A DNA stretch of 64,000 nucleotides, from positions 1 through 64,000 of the forward strand of contig JAQGDQ010000265.1 of assembly GCA_030141605.1 (NCBI GenBank), in the 5' to 3' direction. This document shows, in pieces, positions 59,125 to 64,000 of the stretch (within the stretch, counting starts at the first letter, position 1; every line of letters begins with the position of its first letter). Origin of the DNA: Tubiluchus corallicola. Lineage: Eukaryota > Animalia > Priapulida. The notes under the pieces are model-generated. The model saw only the letters and a program-made list of their open reading frames with translations. It did not search any database and was not told where the DNA came from. The translations under genes were made by a program, and so were the position numbers.

Positions 59125-60358
59125 AAGGATATTGAAATTTTAATAAGTTAAACTTAACTCAGGTTTGTCAGATACATAGGATTAATTTCGCAAAAATGTT
59201 ATTTTAGAATGCACAAACATTTCAACGTAATGATGATTGTAAAGGCAATGCATTTTTGGTGATGTTAGCTTTGTTCAATGGCTTATTTCTTTATGTCTGT
59301 ATGTTCTCGTCTGATGACTTTAGAACATTACAATCCAGAAAAGACGTTTGATTCATTCTATTTAATTGTGTTCATAAATCAGCTTCCTGAACATAATGCT
59401 AATTTTGCTGTAATCGTTTGGCTGGGCAGCAACTGTGCTCATGATAAGTTTGTTGGAGGTAAGCATTACCAGCTTTAGGCTCTGTTATAGGATAAGTGAC
59501 CAGTAGATGATTAATGCCAGGTCAAACTTTGTGTACGTCAGATTGGCTTCCTGACAGATAATAACATTTTGCACGATATCCTCCATGTGTAGACACTTGC
59601 ATGATGTCTGAGTGAGGTTCTTTAACATTCAAACCTATTTTGAGAATAAATCATCTGCGTCAGCTTAGAAAATTAAATTGATGTGTCAGTTTTTCTGCGA
59701 TACGTTCTTTTTCTGTGTCCCATCCTTTGAATACCAAAAAAAATGTTCGCAATATGGATACTAGGTGGCAAGTAGTAGTAAAAACGAGTTTTGATTTTGT
59801 TTCACAAAATTTTAAATTATAGGCTTTTTACCAGCTAAAAATTTAAATTTTCTGTTGTCACGAGTTTGTGTTGGAATTTAGTGAGTAACACTTTGATTAC
59901 TTTTCTCAGCCATTGACATCTGACCACTTTTTCTGTCTTGCAGAGTTACTCTGTCAAAACTGTACTAAAAGTGTGCAAATGATTTTTGTAAATATTGTAT
60001 TATATGTGTTACATAAATTTGTATTTTAGTGTAAGCTTTTAGTGGCATGTTTAACGTGAATTATGTGATATACGTGTAGTTTTACCCAGAACAGCCATTG
60101 ACTACAAATTGTTGATAATGAAAATGAAAAAATAGTTTCTAATAAGTGCTTTAGATGCTTCTTTAAGAGCACTTAATTCTGCAGTAGTTTGTCATTTAAC
60201 TTTAAGTAACCCAAGTAGCTCTGTAAATGTGAGTTGCGAAATAAATGCTTCAATCTTGTATTTCTGTAGCTTCTGTTATAGTGATATAAAATGCACTTCT
60301 CAGTTAAAAAGTCACTCGTAACAAAATACTTCATTTTGAAAGAACTGCGGACCTTTTG

Positions 60359-60360
<2 letters not shown>

Positions 60361-60396
<36 letters not shown>

Positions 60397-60414
60397 TATA
60401 TTAATATATATATA
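60361..60414. repeat. (AT)n microsatellite
   Basis: Direct. Confidence 0.9.
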
Positions 60415-60795
60415 TTCCAATGATTGTAATTATTGATCTAACTTATATTTGTTATTATTATTATTATTGATTATTATTGTTGTGTTTGCCTTGTTCTTGC
60501 AAGTTCTTTGCTTTCTCAAGTATGGCCCATTGGTTAATGATCCCAAGCCATTATTTTGTGCAATACCATCATGCTTCTGTCGTGTGAATCACCACACCAC
60601 CAGAGCACATGAGAGAAGTCAGTGGGAATTGCATCCTGTTCCAGTGTGTCCTGTGTGGTTTAATTTCCTTGATTAATTGCAACTGTAATAAGGAATATTA
60701 GAATATTCTCTATCAGGTGTTATTTTATTATTTTAACATTAGTATTTCTAATAGTAAATAAAACATTTTGGTATTGCTTCTGCTGTTGCTACTAG

Positions 60796-61201
60796 TAGGG
60801 GTGAGCTCTGAACGTTCGAGTTTGATTCGAATGATCTTCTTTAGTTCGAATCTGATTTGAACACAAAATTATAGATTTGAATAAGTCAGCACTTCAACCA
60901 CATACGTTCTTTATCATTTAAAAGTTTGAAGTATCATGCAACTAGCACAGTTTAGCTATGATTTCTGTGCAAAATTTTTAAACAAATTATCTGTGGTTTT
61001 ACTGCAGACCAGAATCGAGAAATATACAAGAACTTTGTAATATCACTTTTACTGGTGGTTCGAAAACTTGTTCAAAAATCTTTTAAACTCATTTTGAATT
61101 AATTCTGATTCGAAAAACTGAAATTCGGTTCGATTCAAACTAGAAAGTCACAAATTCGATTCAATTCGAATTCACTTTGTGGTAGAGAATGCTCACCCCT
61201 A
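60796..61201. mobile_element. hAT-like MITE, 406 bp
   Basis: Perfect 11-bp TIR taggggtgagc/gctcaccccta; subterminal ttcga repeats; 8-bp flanks gctactag/gcgtcttg match only 5/8. Confidence 0.7.
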
Positions 61202-61564
61202 GCGTCTTGTAGTACAGTAGCACGTTCGTTTAATGATTAATGAAGCTAATTATTATTTTCATTTCATTGTTATTGAACCTAGCTGCTAGCTTGTGATGAG
61301 TGTTAGACCGTCATTTTCTTTCCGCAATGCCCACATTATTATCAGCAGAATATCGATCTGATTAACATTAATGAAAATTAAAATCCGCAAAATGCCGACC
61401 AGCTATTATTTGATCTTCATCTGGTCAGCATATTTCTTTATTTTTTTCAATAGAATACCTGCAATCCCATTCCAATCCGCAGCAAATCTTGCAGTCTTTG
61501 TCTGATCCCGTCTGCTGTTATGGTCCGCTCATCACTGGCGCAACGCCAAAGCATTGAAAGATCT

Positions 61565-62660
61565 TTGAGGTTTTGTTTGAAATTTTCTTTGGCCATCTAA
61601 TACCCAAAATGTTTCTGTAATTTCACCATTGAAACGCATCAATTTCAGCTTTATGATTTGCTTTTAATGTTGAGAGCTCAGAGTTATACAGAAATACAGT
61701 TTCAATTAAGGCTGAGAATATTCTAATTTTTGTTTCCAAAGAAATCTTCCTATTCTCAAAAACTTTTGTGAGTTTTGAGTAAGCTGAATATGCCATTATC
61801 TTCCGTCTTGATATGTCGTCTTCTGTTGCCAGCAGACTACCGAGATACTTGCATCTTTGCCATGATTCATCACCATGGCGTGTTATGTGAAACTCTTCAG
61901 TTATATTTTTGTTTACAATGAGGTCCATTCTGTTCAGTGTCTCCTCAATTGAGTTTTTTATTCCGTCTACTCCTTCTTTGTTTCTTGTAATCCATGCCAC
62001 ATCATCAGTATATTGCTGATGTAGTAGTTGACTTACTTTGTAGAGAGCTGTAACTGTGTTCTTGTCTTACTTCATTTGGTATTAATTCAGGATCAAGAAG
62101 TTTGTAGTTGTGATCTTCTAGGTCTTTCAATGATATGACTTTGTCCTCAGTGAGAGCTATGGCAAGACATAAAGTAAAAAGTACAGGGTTTGGGCAGTCA
62201 CCCTGAGGTACTCCTTTGTTTGTAGAAAATGGCTGACTCAATTTCCCTTCACACCTGACTTGAATTAATAAATTTTCTAACATTATACTTATGATGTATA
62301 TTTCATCAGGTTCAAGGATTTCTTCCAGACAGCACGGCAGAGTTTTTCTCCGAACGCAATCAAAGGCCTTTGACATATTGATCATGATAATATACATTGA
62401 GTAATCAGCAGAAGAGATGGCTTTTTTGGCTAGTAATTTACAGGCTTGTACTAATTCAGTAGTGTTCCGTCCTGGTTGATATGCTGCTTTGCTTGTTGGA
62501 ATGTAAGTGTGTGTGACCTGTCATAGATCCTAGTCAACATACATATAGCCAAAACTTTCCTTACTAGTGTAAGCAACATCAATGGTCTAACATTTTCTAT
62601 AGGACCTCGTTTCTTACCTGGCTTGGGTAAAGGGATAAGTATTCCTTTTTGAATACCCTG
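61565..62660 (-). mobile_element. Degenerate non-LTR retrotransposon reverse transcriptase fragment (RTE/Proto2-like)
   Basis: GILIPLPKPGKKRGPIENVRPLMLL...AAYQPGRNTTE...MSKAFDCV...GVPQGDC.NPVLF...QYTDDVAW...KYLGSLL...FLYNSEL; frameshifted. Confidence 0.88.
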
Positions 62661-62898
62661 CCTAAATATGAATGTTTTTTACTACAACCCAGTTCGAATT
62701 GATTAGCTACGTAGTAATATAGATATCTATGGGCCGGCATGAGAGATGTTTAGTATTATTAATGACAGGTGTCAGTAGCCACAACGGCGGAAAATATAGT
62801 TGCACAAATTTGCAAAAATAGAGCACAAAAGTATTTTGTTTGTAGTACGACAATTTAATTGGCGTAGACGTGTCGTAGGCTGGCATTAAGCTGTCACA

Positions 62899-63140
62899 AT
62901 GCAGTTCCCACCAGAACAACTTGAATGGCTTCAGCAGTGGCGGGCTGTGCAACAGCGGCTAAAGCAGGGAAACCTCAATTCGCATGAAGCTGCAAATTAT
63001 TATCGTCAGGCATCTCGTCTTGTTCGTGTTGGAGAAGAAGCTGCAATGTATGTACTAAAATTTAATACTATTGGCTGCTACATTGAATTAAGCATTGTTT
63101 TGTATGTGCAGGGTGCCGTCGTGCCTCAAGCAGCAGACTG
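62899..63140 (+). CDS. Possible first two exons (62899-63047, 63112-63140) of a gene continuing rightwards; weak resemblance to the fidgetin-family N-terminus
   Basis: acaATG start; GC-richer sequence encoding MQFPPEQLEWLQQWRAVQQRLKQGNLNSHEAANYYRQASRLV; 64-bp gtatgt...gtgcag intron keeps the frame open (MVPSCLKQQT). Confidence 0.45.
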
Positions 63141-64000
63141 GTATAAATTTCTTTATCAAAATGAAATTTCTTTGCAAATATCTTAAAATTCTTATTAACA
63201 TTCTTATATTTGTGTTTTTATATGCTACACTGTTCCGACTGGTTTTATCACCCTTTTGCAACGAGGAAGGATTGGTGTAGGACTGTAGGTACATCAAAAT
63301 GTGGCCATGATGTTTTGTTAGTCAAAAGATTATAATAAAAAATCCGGTTAATCACTTTTAATTCGAAAGTTAATATTTTCTGTCACAGTTTCGCGGAATT
63401 GCCTGTAAAATCAATATAATTATAAGCCTCAATCAACAGTACTTGAAATGGTCAATATTGGTATAAATTCAGCTATGACTAGACCTCATACTATAGTGCA
63501 AACTTTCATCAGCGCAAGACTAGTTCTCGCCTCTTTTTCAGACATTATGTTTTTTAGGCATGAATGGCCAATAATATCAAGCATGTAAAATTTTTGACTC
63601 AAGTTCTTGGGCCTAAAATGCACAGAAGCTGAGTTTTTAGACAGGAACAGCTGTTTGCTGAGAAAGATTCTTAGCGTCTAAACTTGGTTTAAGCAACACA
63701 TACGTCTAATCTGAAATGAACAAAAAAGCTGGAAAGAGTAAATGAGTTAAATATTTACATATGGCCATTACAAGATTTGAATAGCTAAAAGACAATAATT
63801 AGTTAATATGTCACCGTTGAGGTAATATTAGTTGCCATGGAAGTAAGCCTACATCAGACTGTCTTAGTCTGCCTATTGTGACATGATTATTGTGACACAG
63901 CTGCCCTGACACGACTCTGAGTTGCCAAGGATCATCAGCACTTTCAGCACGTTTGCAACTCACTGGTATTACATATCACAACTCCATGTTAACTTGTAAA

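Overview
AT-rich animal (invertebrate-type) genomic DNA with spliceosomal introns; no prokaryotic features. From left to right: (1) a ~17.5 kb modular satellite (1473-18945, relics to ~20560) of ~29 units of ~570, ~700 or ~300 bp. The units are built from six related blocks joined by a GCAGCCA-N~10-GGT(G/A)AGTTCTGG motif that is both splice-donor-like and half of a short inverted repeat. (2) A CCN-family (CTGF/Cyr61/NOV-like) gene on the minus strand that the ORF track essentially misses: signal peptide, IGFBP and half-VWC exons at 30592-24095. The rest appears to lie left of the window, so the satellite probably sits in a >24 kb intron. (3) A complete 9-exon CREB3/CREB-H-type membrane-tethered bZIP gene (minus, 45386-36747, 484 aa). 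(4) Head-to-head with it, a complete 8-coding-exon snurportin-1 gene (plus, 49338-59124, 448 aa) with an N-terminal extension. (5) The possible start of another gene at 62899. Interspersed are a 5'-truncated CR1/L2-type LINE, a degenerate RT fragment, a TIR-bounded Tigger/pogo relic, two hAT-like MITEs, Harbinger-like relics, a 196-bp palindrome and many microsatellites. All exon models and counts were made by eye and are not validated by transcripts or database searches.
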